NCBI GenBank assembly: GCA_024689465.1
Contig: JAILDL010000128.1
Location: 2,126 to 66,125 of the forward strand
Source of the DNA: Lachnospiraceae bacterium
GTDB taxonomy: Bacteria; Bacillota; Clostridia; Lachnospirales; Lachnospiraceae
Direction: 5' to 3'
Length of the DNA stretch: 64,000 nucleotides
The position numbers and the translations under genes were made by a program. Within the stretch, counting starts at the first letter, position 1, and every line of letters starts with the position of its first letter. Shown in pieces: positions 28,807 through 42,210 of this stretch. The notes beneath the pieces are model-generated. The model saw only the letters and a program-made list of their open reading frames with translations. It ran no database searches and was not told the origin of the DNA.

Positions 28807-29109
28807 TCAGCCCTGCTTATGGTCCTCGTCCAGACGCTCAAAGATCAGTTCATAACCGTCGGTTCCGTAATTCAGGGAACGGTTTACGCGGCTGATGGTA
28901 GCGGTGGAAGCACCGGTCTTCTCGGCAATCTCCAGATAGGTCTTATGATCCCGGAGCATGGACGCTACTTCAAACCGCTGAGAGAGGGATAACAGCTCGT
29001 TCACAGTACACAGATCTTCAAAGAAGTTGTAGCATTCCTCGGGACTCTGTAATTTTAAGATGGCATCGAACAGATGACTGACTGCATCAGTTTTAAGCTT
29101 TTTATTCAT
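28807..29109 (-). CDS. YerC/YecD-family TrpR-like DNA-binding protein
   Basis: EECYNFFEDLCTVNELLSLSQRFEVASML...YLEIAEKTGASTATISRVNRSL: TrpR-like HTH. Confidence 0.7.
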   Translation of the reverse strand: MNKKLKTDAVSHLFDAILKLQSPEECYNFFEDLCTVNELLSLSQRFEVASMLRDHKTYLEIAEKTGASTATISRVNRSLNYGTDGYELIFERLDEDHKQG

Positions 29110-29240
29110 GATATACAATACCCCCTAATGCTTTAAAATTTTAGCATATTAAAGTTATAAAGTAAAGCGATGGGCGTCAACTTGTTTTCTGCCGGGGAAA
29201 CGTTTATACTTGGTAATACACCCGCAAAGGAAAAAATGCC

Positions 29241-29858
29241 ATGAATCTGAAGGAAGCACTGGACATAATCGAACAAAGTCTGGACGGACTGGAAGAGGTT
29301 CCGGCCGGAGATATTCCGGATATCAATCTGTATATGGATCAGGTGACGACCTTTATGGAGAGCCGGTTCCGTGCCTTTACCCGAAGTCCGGAAGAAGACA
29401 AGATCATGACCAAGACCATGATCAATAATTATGCCAAGAACAACCTTCTTCCGCCGCCGGTAAAGAAGAAATATTCCAAGGATCACATGATGCTGCTGAT
29501 CCTGATCTACTACTACAAAGGGATCCTTTCCATTAATGATATCGAGACGCTGATCCGCCCGCTGACGGAGCATTTCGGACTGGAAGACGGTACCTTGGAA
29601 CTAGAGAAGGTGTACACCGAACTGATCAGCAACGGCAAAAAACAAAGCGAGAAGGTGCGTAAGGACATAGAGATGCGGGTAAAGGAAGCGGAGAAGAGCT
29701 TTCCGGATGCTTCCGAAGAAGAGCAGAACGATCTGCAGATGCTCTCTCTGATCAGCTCTCTGGGGTATGACATCTATCTGAAAAAGCTTGTGATCGGGCG
29801 GCTTTTGGATAAGATGGAAGAAAATACGCACAAAAATCAGAAGTCAAACAGGAAATGA
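29241..29858 (+). CDS. DUF1836-family protein
   Basis: YMDQVTTFM...MTKTMINNYAKNNLLPPPVKKKYSKDHMMLLILIYYYKGILSINDI matches a recollected DUF1836 pattern. Confidence 0.5.
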   Translation: MNLKEALDIIEQSLDGLEEVPAGDIPDINLYMDQVTTFMESRFRAFTRSPEEDKIMTKTMINNYAKNNLLPPPVKKKYSKDHMMLLILIYYYKGILSINDIETLIRPLTEHFGLEDGTLELEKVYTELISNGKKQSEKVRKDIEMRVKEAEKSFPDASEEEQNDLQMLSLISSLGYDIYLKKLVIGRLLDKMEENTHKNQKSNRK

Positions 29859-29978
29859 CAAAGCTTACTTGATTTTTGATAAATAAAGTGTTATAGTTAA
29901 TCTAACCTTAATAGGCAGATTGTGTATAATCGTCGTGTATAGATAATAATTGTTTTTGTATTGGGGAAGGGAGTCGTT

Positions 29979-30536
29979 ATGAAGAAACGAGTAAAACTGT
30001 TAACCGCATTGATGCTGATCGGCATCATGGTTCTGGCAACTGCCTGCGGCAAGGAAGATCCTGTATTGGATGACGCCGCTGTAGCCAGAGATGAATCCGA
30101 GATCAACAGCAGTGAAGTTTATTTAGATGACGGTGCGATCGCACTGGCAGGAGAGGCCGAGACCAGTACGGAGTTTACGGATGCAGCCGCTTCCGCATTT
30201 GCACAGGTCAATGCGATCCGTGTAGCAGCCGGATTAAACGAGCTGGCATGGAATTCCGATCTGGAGACTGCAGCACGTGTTCGTGCTACGGAAGCAACCG
30301 GTTATTTCTCTCACACCAGACCGGACGGATCTGCATGGTATACCGTAGACAGCCGCGTAATGTATGGTGAGAACCTGGCAAAGGGCTTCTATAACGGAGA
30401 TTCCGTTGTAACCGCCTGGGTGAATTCTCCTACCCATTATGCAAACCTTGTAAAGCCCGGCTTTAAGACCATGGCTATTGTGATCGTTGCAGCAGACAAC
30501 GGTACCTGGTATTGGGCACAGGAGTTTGGATATTAA
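29979..30536 (+). CDS. CAP/SCP/PR1-like domain lipoprotein
   Basis: Lipobox LATAC|GKE. CAP motifs (HTRPDG...YGENLA...WVNSPTHYANL). Confidence 0.7.
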   Translation: MKKRVKLLTALMLIGIMVLATACGKEDPVLDDAAVARDESEINSSEVYLDDGAIALAGEAETSTEFTDAAASAFAQVNAIRVAAGLNELAWNSDLETAARVRATEATGYFSHTRPDGSAWYTVDSRVMYGENLAKGFYNGDSVVTAWVNSPTHYANLVKPGFKTMAIVIVAADNGTWYWAQEFGY

Positions 30537-30553
30537 TTAACAGAATGGAAACA

Positions 30554-30590
30554 GGGAACCGGTTCCTGACGAACCGGTTCCTTTTTTTGT
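30554..30590 (+). terminator. Rho-independent terminator
   Basis: GGAACCGGTTCC-TGAC-GAACCGGTTCC followed by TTTTTTTG. Confidence 0.75.
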
Positions 30591-30700
30591 GTGGAGACGA
30601 GCCAAGCGGCTGCCGTGCTTATACAGGCGGCCGCCAAATGTCCATTCCGGAAGCGGGGATCTTATGCCTTGAACAGGCCGAAAATAAACCGCAGGTTTCA

Positions 30701-30729
30701 TTTACAAGGGGGGAAGATTTCGCTATAAT
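30701..30729 (+). promoter_or_regulatory. SigmaA-type promoter upstream of pspA
   Basis: TTTACA (30701-06), 17-nt spacer, TATAAT (30724-29). Confidence 0.45.
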
Positions 30730-30800
30730 CTTATATTGTAGGGCGTCTTAAGAAGGGACCCTGCTATCCGAAAATGAATGAAACGTATGGAGGCTAAACA

Positions 30801-31484
30801 ATGGGTATTATTTCAAGATTTAAGGATATCATGTCAGCGAATTTCAATGCGCTGTTAGACAAGCTGGAAGATCCGGAGAAGATGATTGACCAGTATCTGA
30901 GAGATCTGCAGAATGATTTTGCGGAAGTAAAGGCAGAGACCGCTTCGGTTATGGCAGATGAAAAGGCTGCCAAGAGAAAACTGGACGAGTGTGACGAAGA
31001 GATCCGCAAGATGGCGGAATATGCCCGCAGAGCCGTAGCGGCAGGGAATGATGATGAAGCAAGACAGTTCCTGGCAAAGAAGGCACAGCTCACTGAGAGA
31101 AGAGCAGGCCTGGATCAGAACTATACCCTGTGCTGTGAAAATACCATGAAGATGCGTCAGATGCATGACAAGCTGGAAGCGGATATTGCCATGCTGAAGA
31201 ATAAGCAGGATGTATTAAAGGCAAAGGTCAAGGTTGCCAAGACCCAGGAGAAGATCAATGCCATGTCTTCCGCCAGCGACCGCGCCGGTGCGACCATGTC
31301 CGCATTTGCCCGCATGGAAGAGAAGGTGGACAAGATGGTGGATCAGGCCGATGCTATGGCAGAACTGAATGCTTCCTCCTCTGTGGACAGAACCGCAGAG
31401 CTGGCTAAGAAATATGATCAGGAAGGCATGGGCGCCGATGTGGATGCCGAGCTTGCCGCACTGAAAGCAGAAATGGGTGTATAA
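30801..31484 (+). CDS. pspA: PspA/IM30 family protein (phage-shock protein A / LiaH-like)
   Basis: MGIISRFKDIMSANFNALLDKLEDPEKMIDQYLRDL...: canonical PspA N-terminus and coiled coil. Confidence 0.85.
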   Translation: MGIISRFKDIMSANFNALLDKLEDPEKMIDQYLRDLQNDFAEVKAETASVMADEKAAKRKLDECDEEIRKMAEYARRAVAAGNDDEARQFLAKKAQLTERRAGLDQNYTLCCENTMKMRQMHDKLEADIAMLKNKQDVLKAKVKVAKTQEKINAMSSASDRAGATMSAFARMEEKVDKMVDQADAMAELNASSSVDRTAELAKKYDQEGMGADVDAELAALKAEMGV

Positions 31485-31514
31485 CACAAAAACTCTATCC
31501 GGAGGGAATAGGTC

Positions 31515-32486
31515 ATGGGAATCTTTACAAATCAATTAGCAAACGTAATTGAGTGGGAAGGCAACAGCGAAGGAGTTTTATTTTACAAGTGGCCCAATGC
31601 CGAGATCAAAAAGGGATCCAAGCTGATCCTTCGCATGGGGCAGGATGCCATCTTTACCTACAACGGTATCATTGAAGGTATCTTCACCGAAGAAGGACAG
31701 TATGATATCGAATCCGATATCATCCCCTTCCTCACCACCTTAAAGAACTTTAAATTCGGTTTCAACACACCCCTGCGTGCAGAGGTGATCTTCATCAATA
31801 CCAAGGAACAGCTGGTGAACTGGGGAACCAAGAATCCCATCAACTTAAGAGCGGAAGGCCTGCCCGGCGGTATGCCCATCCGTTCCTTCGGTACCTTCAG
31901 CTGCAAGGTGAAGGAACACGATGTTATGATCGAGAAGTTGGCCGGTATTCAGGCCCGTTACACCGTGGAAGACGTCAAGGAACGTATCATTTCCAGTCTG
32001 GATCAGCTCTTGATGAACTGGATCAGCAAGGAAGGCCATGATATGTTCAACCTGCAGGCAGATGCAGGAAGCATCGCCAAGGGCATCCAGTCCGATCTGG
32101 ATATGGAGATGCGCAAGATCGGCATCGAGATCACCGACTTTAAGATCGAGAGCTTCAGCTATCCCGAAGAAGTACGGAAGATGCAGGAGAAAGCAGCTGC
32201 ACAGGCAATGGTTTCCGATGTGGGCAAGTATACCCAGATGGCTGCAGCCGACGGCATGGCAAACGGTGGCGGCGGAAGCGCTGCTGCAGACATGGTAGGT
32301 CTGCAGATGGGTATGGCGCTGGGACAGCAGATGGTCAATCAGATGAACCAGAACAATGCATCCGGCACAGCACCCGCGGCGAGCGCAGGTACAGCGGCAG
32401 GAAATATTCCCAAGTTCTGCCCGGAATGCGGAACCCCTACTGCAGGAAAGCCTTTCTGCAGCAACTGCGGAGCAAAGTTAGGATAA
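31515..32486 (+). CDS. SPFH/band-7-like protein (B. subtilis YdjI-like) with C-terminal Gly/Ala-rich linker and zinc-ribbon
   Basis: The N-terminal 230 aa resemble YdjI (virion-core-protein-like SPFH). The C-terminus ends in FCPECGTPTAGKPFCSNCGAKL, a CxxC...CxxC zinc ribbon. Confidence 0.6.
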   Translation: MGIFTNQLANVIEWEGNSEGVLFYKWPNAEIKKGSKLILRMGQDAIFTYNGIIEGIFTEEGQYDIESDIIPFLTTLKNFKFGFNTPLRAEVIFINTKEQLVNWGTKNPINLRAEGLPGGMPIRSFGTFSCKVKEHDVMIEKLAGIQARYTVEDVKERIISSLDQLLMNWISKEGHDMFNLQADAGSIAKGIQSDLDMEMRKIGIEITDFKIESFSYPEEVRKMQEKAAAQAMVSDVGKYTQMAAADGMANGGGGSAAADMVGLQMGMALGQQMVNQMNQNNASGTAPAASAGTAAGNIPKFCPECGTPTAGKPFCSNCGAKLG

Positions 32487-32505
32487 AAGGATTTTTAACA
32501 GCTTT

Positions 32506-34914
32506 ATGAATTTACTGGATACACTGAACAAAGAACAGAGAGAGGCCGCCAGCACCATCACGGGGCCTCTCCTTATTATTGCAGGGGCAGGCAGCGGAAA
32601 GACCCGTGTGCTGACCCACCGGATCGCTTACCTGATCGAAGAAGAGGCCGTTAATCCCTGGAACATCCTGGCCATCACCTTTACCAACAAGGCGGCGGGA
32701 GAGATGCGGGAACGTGTGGACAAGATGGTAGGTTACGGCTCGGAGAGCATCTGGGTTGCCACCTTCCATTCCACCTGTGTGCGGATCCTGCGGCGCTACA
32801 TCGACCGCATCGGCTATGATACCAACTTTACCATCTACGATACGGATGATTCCAAGACGGTGATGAAGGAGGTATGCAAGCGCCTGCAGTACGATCCAAA
32901 GCAGATCAAGGAGCGCGCTTTGTTAAATGCCATCTCCTCTGCCAAGAACGAGCTCATTGGGCCAAAGGAATTTGCCTTGAATGCCCAGGGGGATCTGTGG
33001 AGTCAGAAAGTGGCGGATGCCTATGCGGAGTATCAGAAGACGCTGCACAAAAGCAATGCCCTGGATTTTGATGACCTGCTGATGCTGACGGTGGAACTGT
33101 TCCGTTCCTGCCCGGATGTACTGGAAAATTATCAGAATCGCTTTCAGTACATCATGGTGGATGAGTATCAGGATACCAATACGGCCCAGTTTGAGCTGAT
33201 CCGTCTTCTGGCGGATACACCGGAGCACAATCTGTGCGTGGTGGGAGATGACGATCAGTCCATCTACAAGTTCCGTGGAGCCAACATCCATAATATTCTG
33301 GACTTTGAGAAGACCTATCCGGAAGCAAAGGTGGTCAAGCTGGAGCAGAATTACCGTTCCACCCAGAATATCTTAAGTGCAGCCAATGCGGTGATCCGTA
33401 ACAACATGGAGCGCAAGGACAAGGCCCTCTGGAGTGACCAGGGAGAAGGGGACAAGATCCACTTTAAAGCCTTTGAATCCGCTTACGATGAGGCAGAATT
33501 TATCGCAGGAGACATTGCACGCAAGTGTAAGGCTGAACGCCTGAAGTTCGGTGACTTTGCGGTCCTGTATCGGACCAATGCCCAGTCCCGTCTTCTGGAA
33601 GAACAGTTTGTGATGGAAGGCATGCCCTATCAGGTGGTAGGCGGCGTGAACTTCTATTCCCGTAAGGAGATAAAGGATGTACTGGCCTATCTGAAGACCA
33701 TTGATAACGGTCTGGATGATGTGGCGGTTCGCCGGATCTTAAACGTACCCAAGAGAGGCATCGGTGCCACCACCATTGCCAGGGTGCAGGATTTTGCTGC
33801 GGCGAAGGAGATCAGCTTTTTTGAGGCACTCCTTGGGGCAGAAGAGATCCCCGGCCTTGGAAAGGGCGCATCCAAGCTGGTAAACTTTACCACCATGATC
33901 CGTGCGTTCCGGGGCAAGATGAAGGAGTACTCCCTCAGGGAACTGTTGGCGGATGTACTGGAAACCACCGGTTATCTGGAGGAACTGAAAACCTCCGGAG
34001 AGGAAGATGCAGAGGATCGGGTGGAGAACGTGGAAGAACTGGTCTCCAAGCTGGCGGCTTACGAAGAGAGTGCCGAACAGCCTACGCTCAGCGGATTCTT
34101 AGAGGAAGTGGCGCTGGTTGCGGATATTGATACTGTAGGGGAAGAGGGAGACAGAACCCTGTTAATGACCCTGCATGCAGCCAAAGGTCTGGAATTTGAA
34201 CACGTATACATTGCCGGTATGGAAGACGGACTCTTCCCCGGCTATATGACCATCTCCTCCGATGATCCTTCGGATATGGAGGAGGAGCGGCGTCTGGCTT
34301 ATGTGGGCATTACCCGTGCCAAGAAGCATCTGACCCTGTGCGCTGCCCAGAAGCGGATGATCCACGGAGAGACGCAGTATAATCCCATCAGTCGGTTTAT
34401 CCGGGAAATCCCGGAGGACCTTCTGGACAGGCCTCTGCCCGAAAAGAAGAGCCGTGCGGTGGATGAGTTTTTTGATGATAACGACAGCCTGTTTTCCGGC
34501 TTTGGCAGCAGAAGTTCCGGTTACGGAGCAGAGGACGGCTACGGACACAGAACCAGAGAGACGGTGCCGGACAGGGCACCGGGTAACGGCGTAAACTACG
34601 GCAGCAGCGGGACGTTTACCAAGGCAGTACATAGCTACAATACCCAGAAGACTTTAAACGGACTTTCCCGCAAGACACCGGAATCCCGCAAGCCCTTTAT
34701 CGCAAAGGGTGTCAGCGGCCTTTCCAAGGGGATGCCGGTGGGCATAAAGCCTTCCTACGATGTGGGAGATCGGGTAAAGCACATCAAGTACGGAGAAGGT
34801 GTGGTGACGGCTTTGGAGAAGCGGGAAAAGGACTATCAGGTCACCGTTTCCTTCGATGAAGCCGGGCAGAAGATCATGTACGCAGGGTTTGCAAAATTAC
34901 AGCGAATCGAGTAA
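32506..34914 (+). CDS. pcrA: ATP-dependent DNA helicase PcrA (UvrD family)
   Basis: Motifs I (AGAGSGKTRVLTHRIAYL), Ia, II (DEYQDTN), and onward. 802 aa. Confidence 0.9.
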   Translation: MNLLDTLNKEQREAASTITGPLLIIAGAGSGKTRVLTHRIAYLIEEEAVNPWNILAITFTNKAAGEMRERVDKMVGYGSESIWVATFHSTCVRILRRYIDRIGYDTNFTIYDTDDSKTVMKEVCKRLQYDPKQIKERALLNAISSAKNELIGPKEFALNAQGDLWSQKVADAYAEYQKTLHKSNALDFDDLLMLTVELFRSCPDVLENYQNRFQYIMVDEYQDTNTAQFELIRLLADTPEHNLCVVGDDDQSIYKFRGANIHNILDFEKTYPEAKVVKLEQNYRSTQNILSAANAVIRNNMERKDKALWSDQGEGDKIHFKAFESAYDEAEFIAGDIARKCKAERLKFGDFAVLYRTNAQSRLLEEQFVMEGMPYQVVGGVNFYSRKEIKDVLAYLKTIDNGLDDVAVRRILNVPKRGIGATTIARVQDFAAAKEISFFEALLGAEEIPGLGKGASKLVNFTTMIRAFRGKMKEYSLRELLADVLETTGYLEELKTSGEEDAEDRVENVEELVSKLAAYEESAEQPTLSGFLEEVALVADIDTVGEEGDRTLLMTLHAAKGLEFEHVYIAGMEDGLFPGYMTISSDDPSDMEEERRLAYVGITRAKKHLTLCAAQKRMIHGETQYNPISRFIREIPEDLLDRPLPEKKSRAVDEFFDDNDSLFSGFGSRSSGYGAEDGYGHRTRETVPDRAPGNGVNYGSSGTFTKAVHSYNTQKTLNGLSRKTPESRKPFIAKGVSGLSKGMPVGIKPSYDVGDRVKHIKYGEGVVTALEKREKDYQVTVSFDEAGQKIMYAGFAKLQRIE

Positions 34915-34954
34915 ACTAATAGCAGATTTACCAGGTACGATACAGGAGGGTAGT

Positions 34955-35212
34955 ATGAGCGACAAATACGATATCTTACTGGACAAGGTGAATGAGCTTT
35001 TACATGCAAAGAGAGTGGAAGAAGAGCACAAGGAAGGTAATGTAGTGCTGTGGATCCTGGCTATTGTGGGAGCCATTGCAGCGGTTGCCTGCATTGCTTA
35101 TTTTGTATTCCGTTATTTTGAACCGGATTATCTGGAAGAATATACCGATGATCTGGATGATGATTTCGAAGACGACCTGTTTGAGGACGAGGACGACGCG
35201 ATTACGGAATAA
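34955..35212 (+). CDS. Small single-TM protein with poly-acidic C-terminal tail
   Basis: GGAGGG RBS. TM helix VVLWILAIVGAIAAVACIAYFVF. The tail is DDLDDDFEDDLFEDEDDAITE. Confidence 0.45.
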   Translation: MSDKYDILLDKVNELLHAKRVEEEHKEGNVVLWILAIVGAIAAVACIAYFVFRYFEPDYLEEYTDDLDDDFEDDLFEDEDDAITE

Positions 35213-35297
35213 GTTATAGTATGATAAACAGTAAGCGGAGAAGGTCTGGGGAACTCCCGGGACTTTCTCCGTTTTCGCGTTAAGGAAGAGGTTTTCA

Positions 35298-36692
35298 TTG
35301 AAAAAAGGTGACGAATTTGAAGGACGGGTGGTAGAGAGCAAATACCCTCATGCCGGCGTGGTGGAGACCCCGGAAGGGGATCGCATTACCATGAAAAAGG
35401 TCCTTCCCGGACAGAAAGTGCGGGGATTTATCCATAAGAAGAAGGCAGGACTCTTAGAGGGGCGGCTTCTGGAGGTAACAGAGCCTGCGCCGAATGAAGT
35501 AGAGCCGGTATGTCCCCACTTTGGGACCTGCGGCGGCTGTGCTTATTTAAACCTGTCCTATGAGGATGCCATCGCATTAAAGGAGCAGCAGGTCTATAAG
35601 CTGTTAGCCCCAGTATTTAACGTCCAGGAGTCAGACTGGACCTGGGAGGGGATCAAAGCATCTCCCGTGCGCTACGGCTATCGCAATAAGATGGAGTTTA
35701 CCTTTGGCGATGCGGTCAAGGACGGCCCTCTGGAGCTGGGGATGCATCGCAGCGGTAACTTTTACGATATCATTACGGTGGATCAGTGTCAGATCATGGA
35801 TGGGGACTATCGGCAGATCCTGTCCCTGACCCGGGAGTTTTTTGCTTCCCGGAATATCCCTCATTTTCACCGGTTGTCTCATGAAGGATTTCTGCGCCAT
35901 CTGCTGGTGCGGAAAGCCTGGAAGAGCGGGGAGATCCTCATCGGTCTGGTGACCAGCTCCCAGATGCCTTTTGAGGAGGTTACGCCCCTCTTGGATGCCT
36001 GGAAAGAGCGCCTTCTTTCTCTGAAAACCGAAGGCACCATTACCGGGATCCTGCACATCTGGAACGATTCCCAGGCAGACGCGGTCCTCTGCGACAAGCT
36101 GGATATCCTTTACGGCAGGGACTACATACAGGAAGAGCTGCTGGGCTTATCCTTCCGGGTAAGCACCTTCTCCTTTTTTCAGACCAATTCTCCGGGGGCG
36201 GAGCTTCTCTACGAGACGGCCCGCAGTTACATCCGGGATGCGGGAGAAGGAAAGGGCGGTACGGTCTTTGACCTGTACAGCGGAACCGGCACCATTGCGC
36301 AGATGATGGCTTCCGCTGCCGACCGGGTGGTCGGCGTGGAGATCGTGGAGGAAGCGGTGGAGGCTGCCAGGGAAAGCGCCGCACTAAACGGCCTGACCAA
36401 TTGCAGATTCCTGGCGGGGGATGTATTAAAGGTCCTGGATACCATTGAGGAGAAACCGGATCTTATCATTCTGGATCCGCCCCGGGACGGCATTCATCCC
36501 AAGGCCCTTCGAAAGATCATGGACTATGGTGTGAAGCACCTGATCTATATATCCTGTAAACCCACTTCTCTGGCAAGGGACGGACAGATCCTTCTGGCAA
36601 ACGGCTATAAGGCAGTGAAAGCGGTTGCCTGTGATCAGTTCCCCTGGACCAGCGGAGTAGAGACAGTAGCCTTATTTGAAAAAGCAGACTAA
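35298..36692 (+). CDS. rlmD: 23S rRNA (uracil-C5)-methyltransferase, RlmD/RumA family (TRAM domain, 4Fe-4S, class I SAM MTase)
   Basis: TRAM domain N-terminus. Cys cluster CPHFGTCGGCAY. SAM motif DLYSGTGTI, and DPPR catalytic motif. TTG start assumed. Confidence 0.75.
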   Translation: MKKGDEFEGRVVESKYPHAGVVETPEGDRITMKKVLPGQKVRGFIHKKKAGLLEGRLLEVTEPAPNEVEPVCPHFGTCGGCAYLNLSYEDAIALKEQQVYKLLAPVFNVQESDWTWEGIKASPVRYGYRNKMEFTFGDAVKDGPLELGMHRSGNFYDIITVDQCQIMDGDYRQILSLTREFFASRNIPHFHRLSHEGFLRHLLVRKAWKSGEILIGLVTSSQMPFEEVTPLLDAWKERLLSLKTEGTITGILHIWNDSQADAVLCDKLDILYGRDYIQEELLGLSFRVSTFSFFQTNSPGAELLYETARSYIRDAGEGKGGTVFDLYSGTGTIAQMMASAADRVVGVEIVEEAVEAARESAALNGLTNCRFLAGDVLKVLDTIEEKPDLIILDPPRDGIHPKALRKIMDYGVKHLIYISCKPTSLARDGQILLANGYKAVKAVACDQFPWTSGVETVALFEKAD

Positions 36693-39764
<3,072 letters not shown>

Positions 39765-39775
39765 TCCAAACCGGA

Positions 39776-39812
39776 AAAGGCTTCCCTGCCACGAACAGGG
39801 AAGCCTTTTATA
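39776..39812 (+). terminator. Rho-independent terminator after lacZ
   Basis: AAAAGGCTTCCCTG-CCACGAA-CAGGGAAGCCTTTT followed by ATAAT. Confidence 0.6.
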
Positions 39813-39825
39813 ATGCGCTTTCCGG

Positions 39826-39870
39826 ACAAAAAAGAACCCGTACCTCCGATGGGAAGTACGGGATTTTTTT
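39826..39870. terminator. Bidirectional terminator (rpsT on the minus strand)
   Basis: CCCGTACCTCC-GAT-GGGAAGTACGGG hairpin with a T-run on the plus side (ATTTTTTT) and on the minus side (CTTTTTTG). Confidence 0.6.
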
Positions 39871-39905
39871 CAGCCGCGAAAAAATTTTTAAACACTCAAC
39901 CCAGA

Positions 39906-40170
39906 TTACTGCATCTTGCTGATAGCAGAAGATAAACGAGCAACCTTTCTGGAAGCGGTATTCTTCTTCAGAACACCCTTGGTCTCAGCCTTATCGATGG
40001 TAGAAGCTGCAGACTTCAGTGCTGCTTCAGCTGCTGCCTTATCATTTGCTTCAATTGCAGTACGAACATGCTTTACAGCAGTCTTAACAGAGCTCTTAAC
40101 AGCTTTGTTGCGAGCTGCCTTCTTCTCGCTTACAAGAATTCTCTTCTTAGCAGATTTGATGTTTGCCAAA
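39906..40170 (-). CDS. rpsT: 30S ribosomal protein S20
   Basis: (M)ANIKSAKKRILVSEKKAARNKA... TTG start with a GGAGGT RBS. Confidence 0.85.
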
Positions 40171-40392
40171 ATGATACCTCCACAAAAATTCAACAAATAT
40201 TGGTTAATCTATATGGTAATGTCCCATTAAGGCCGGAGACACGGTTCGTACTAATGGAAACATACGAAATGTATTTTAATGTAGCCTACCCGGAATGTCA
40301 AGAGAAATATCAACCTTTTGGAGCGGAGAATTTTGGGATTCTATGATATAATAGTGCGAAGTTGTTTTTATCTGAAGTAAAAGGAAAGTAGT

Positions 40393-42210
40393 ATGAGTGA
40401 CGTAGATCAGAGCAGAATCCGAAATTTTTGTATTGTGGCACACATTGACCACGGCAAATCCACGCTGGCGGACCGGATCATCGAAAAGACCGGACTTCTG
40501 ACCAGCAGAGAGATGCAGGCCCAGGTACTGGACAATATGGAACTGGAACGGGAAAGAGGCATTACCATTAAGGCCCAGACCGTCCGGATCATTTATACCG
40601 CAAAGGACGGGAAGGAATATATCCTGAACCTGATCGATACCCCTGGTCATGTGGACTTTAACTATGAGGTCAGCCGAAGTCTGGCAGCCTGCGAAGGAGC
40701 GATCCTGGTAGTGGATGCTTCCCAGGGCATCGAAGCCCAGACCCTGGCCAATGTATATATGGCCCTGGAGCATGATCTGGAGGTCTTTCCGGTGATCAAC
40801 AAGATCGACCTGCCCAGCGCTCATCCCGACGAAGTCAAGGAAGAGATCGAGGACGTCATCGGATTGGAAGCCCAGGATGCACCGCTGGTTTCCGCTAAGA
40901 ACGGCATCGGCATCGATGAGGTTCTGGAAGCCATTGTAGAGAAGGTGCCCGCCCCCTCCGGGGATCCGGATGCCCCTCTGCAGGCCCTGATCTTTGATTC
41001 CGTGTACGATTCCTATAAGGGTGTCATTGTTTTCTGCAGATTAAAGGAAGGACGGATCCGCAAGGGAACCCGCGTGCGCATGATGGCAACCGGTGCCGAA
41101 GCGGAAGTGGTGGAAGTCGGCTATTTCGGACCCGGCCAGTTCATTCCCTGTGAGGAGCTTTCTGCGGGCCTGGTAGGCTATTTTACCGCCTCCATTAAGA
41201 ATGTAAAGGATACCCGTGTGGGCGATACCGTAACCGATGCGGCAAATCCCTGTGCAGAGCCGCTTCCCGGCTATAAGAAGGTACAGTCCATGGTATACTG
41301 CGGTATTTACCCGGCCGATGCAGCGGACTATACCGACCTGCGGGATGCTCTGGAAAAACTGCAGCTCAACGACGCTTCCTTAAAATACGAGCCGGAGACC
41401 TCCATTGCCTTAGGCTTTGGTTTCCGCTGCGGTTTCCTGGGACTGCTCCATCTGGATGTGATCCAGGAGAGACTGGAAAGAGAGTATGATCTGGATCTGG
41501 TGACCACTGCTCCCGGTGTTATCTACAAGGTTTATAAGACCAACGGGGAGGTCATCGAGCTGACCAATCCCTCCAACCTGCCGGATCCTTCGGAGATCGA
41601 GCATATGGAGGAACCCATTGTCAATGCGGAGATCATGGTAAGTACCGAATACATCGGACCCATCATGCAGCTTTGTCAGGAGAGACGGGGCAAGTATCTT
41701 TCCACGGAATACATTGAGACGACCCGAGCCCTTTTAAAGTACGAGCTGCCCTTAAATGAGATCATCTATGACTTTTTTGATGCCTTAAAGAGCCGTTCCC
41801 GCGGCTATGCATCCTTTGACTATGAATTAAAGGGGTATGAACCCTCCAAGCTGGTGAAGCTGGATATCCTGATCAACCATGAGCAGGTGGATGCCCTGAG
41901 CTTTATCGTTCATGCAGACGGAGCCTATGAGCGTGGCCGCAAGATGTGTGAGAAGCTGGTCAACGAGATCCCCAGACATCTCTTCGAGATCCCCATCCAG
42001 GCCAGTGTGGGCGGCAAGATCATTGCAAGGACCACCGTACGCGCCATGCGCAAGGACGTTCTGGCCAAGTGCTATGGCGGTGATATCAGCCGAAAGAAGA
42101 AACTGCTGGAAAAGCAGAAGGAAGGAAAGAAACGGATGCGCCAGGTGGGCAGCGTAGAGATCCCTCAAAGCGCCTTTATGAGCGTATTAAAGCTGGATAA
42201 TGATGATTGA
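40393..42210 (+). CDS. lepA: Elongation factor 4 (LepA)
   Basis: [20 protein letters not shown]; 605 aa. Confidence 0.95.
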   Translation: MSDVDQSRIRNFCIVAHIDHGKSTLADRIIEKTGLLTSREMQAQVLDNMELERERGITIKAQTVRIIYTAKDGKEYILNLIDTPGHVDFNYEVSRSLAACEGAILVVDASQGIEAQTLANVYMALEHDLEVFPVINKIDLPSAHPDEVKEEIEDVIGLEAQDAPLVSAKNGIGIDEVLEAIVEKVPAPSGDPDAPLQALIFDSVYDSYKGVIVFCRLKEGRIRKGTRVRMMATGAEAEVVEVGYFGPGQFIPCEELSAGLVGYFTASIKNVKDTRVGDTVTDAANPCAEPLPGYKKVQSMVYCGIYPADAADYTDLRDALEKLQLNDASLKYEPETSIALGFGFRCGFLGLLHLDVIQERLEREYDLDLVTTAPGVIYKVYKTNGEVIELTNPSNLPDPSEIEHMEEPIVNAEIMVSTEYIGPIMQLCQERRGKYLSTEYIETTRALLKYELPLNEIIYDFFDALKSRSRGYASFDYELKGYEPSKLVKLDILINHEQVDALSFIVHADGAYERGRKMCEKLVNEIPRHLFEIPIQASVGGKIIARTTVRAMRKDVLAKCYGGDISRKKKLLEKQKEGKKRMRQVGSVEIPQSAFMSVLKLDNDD

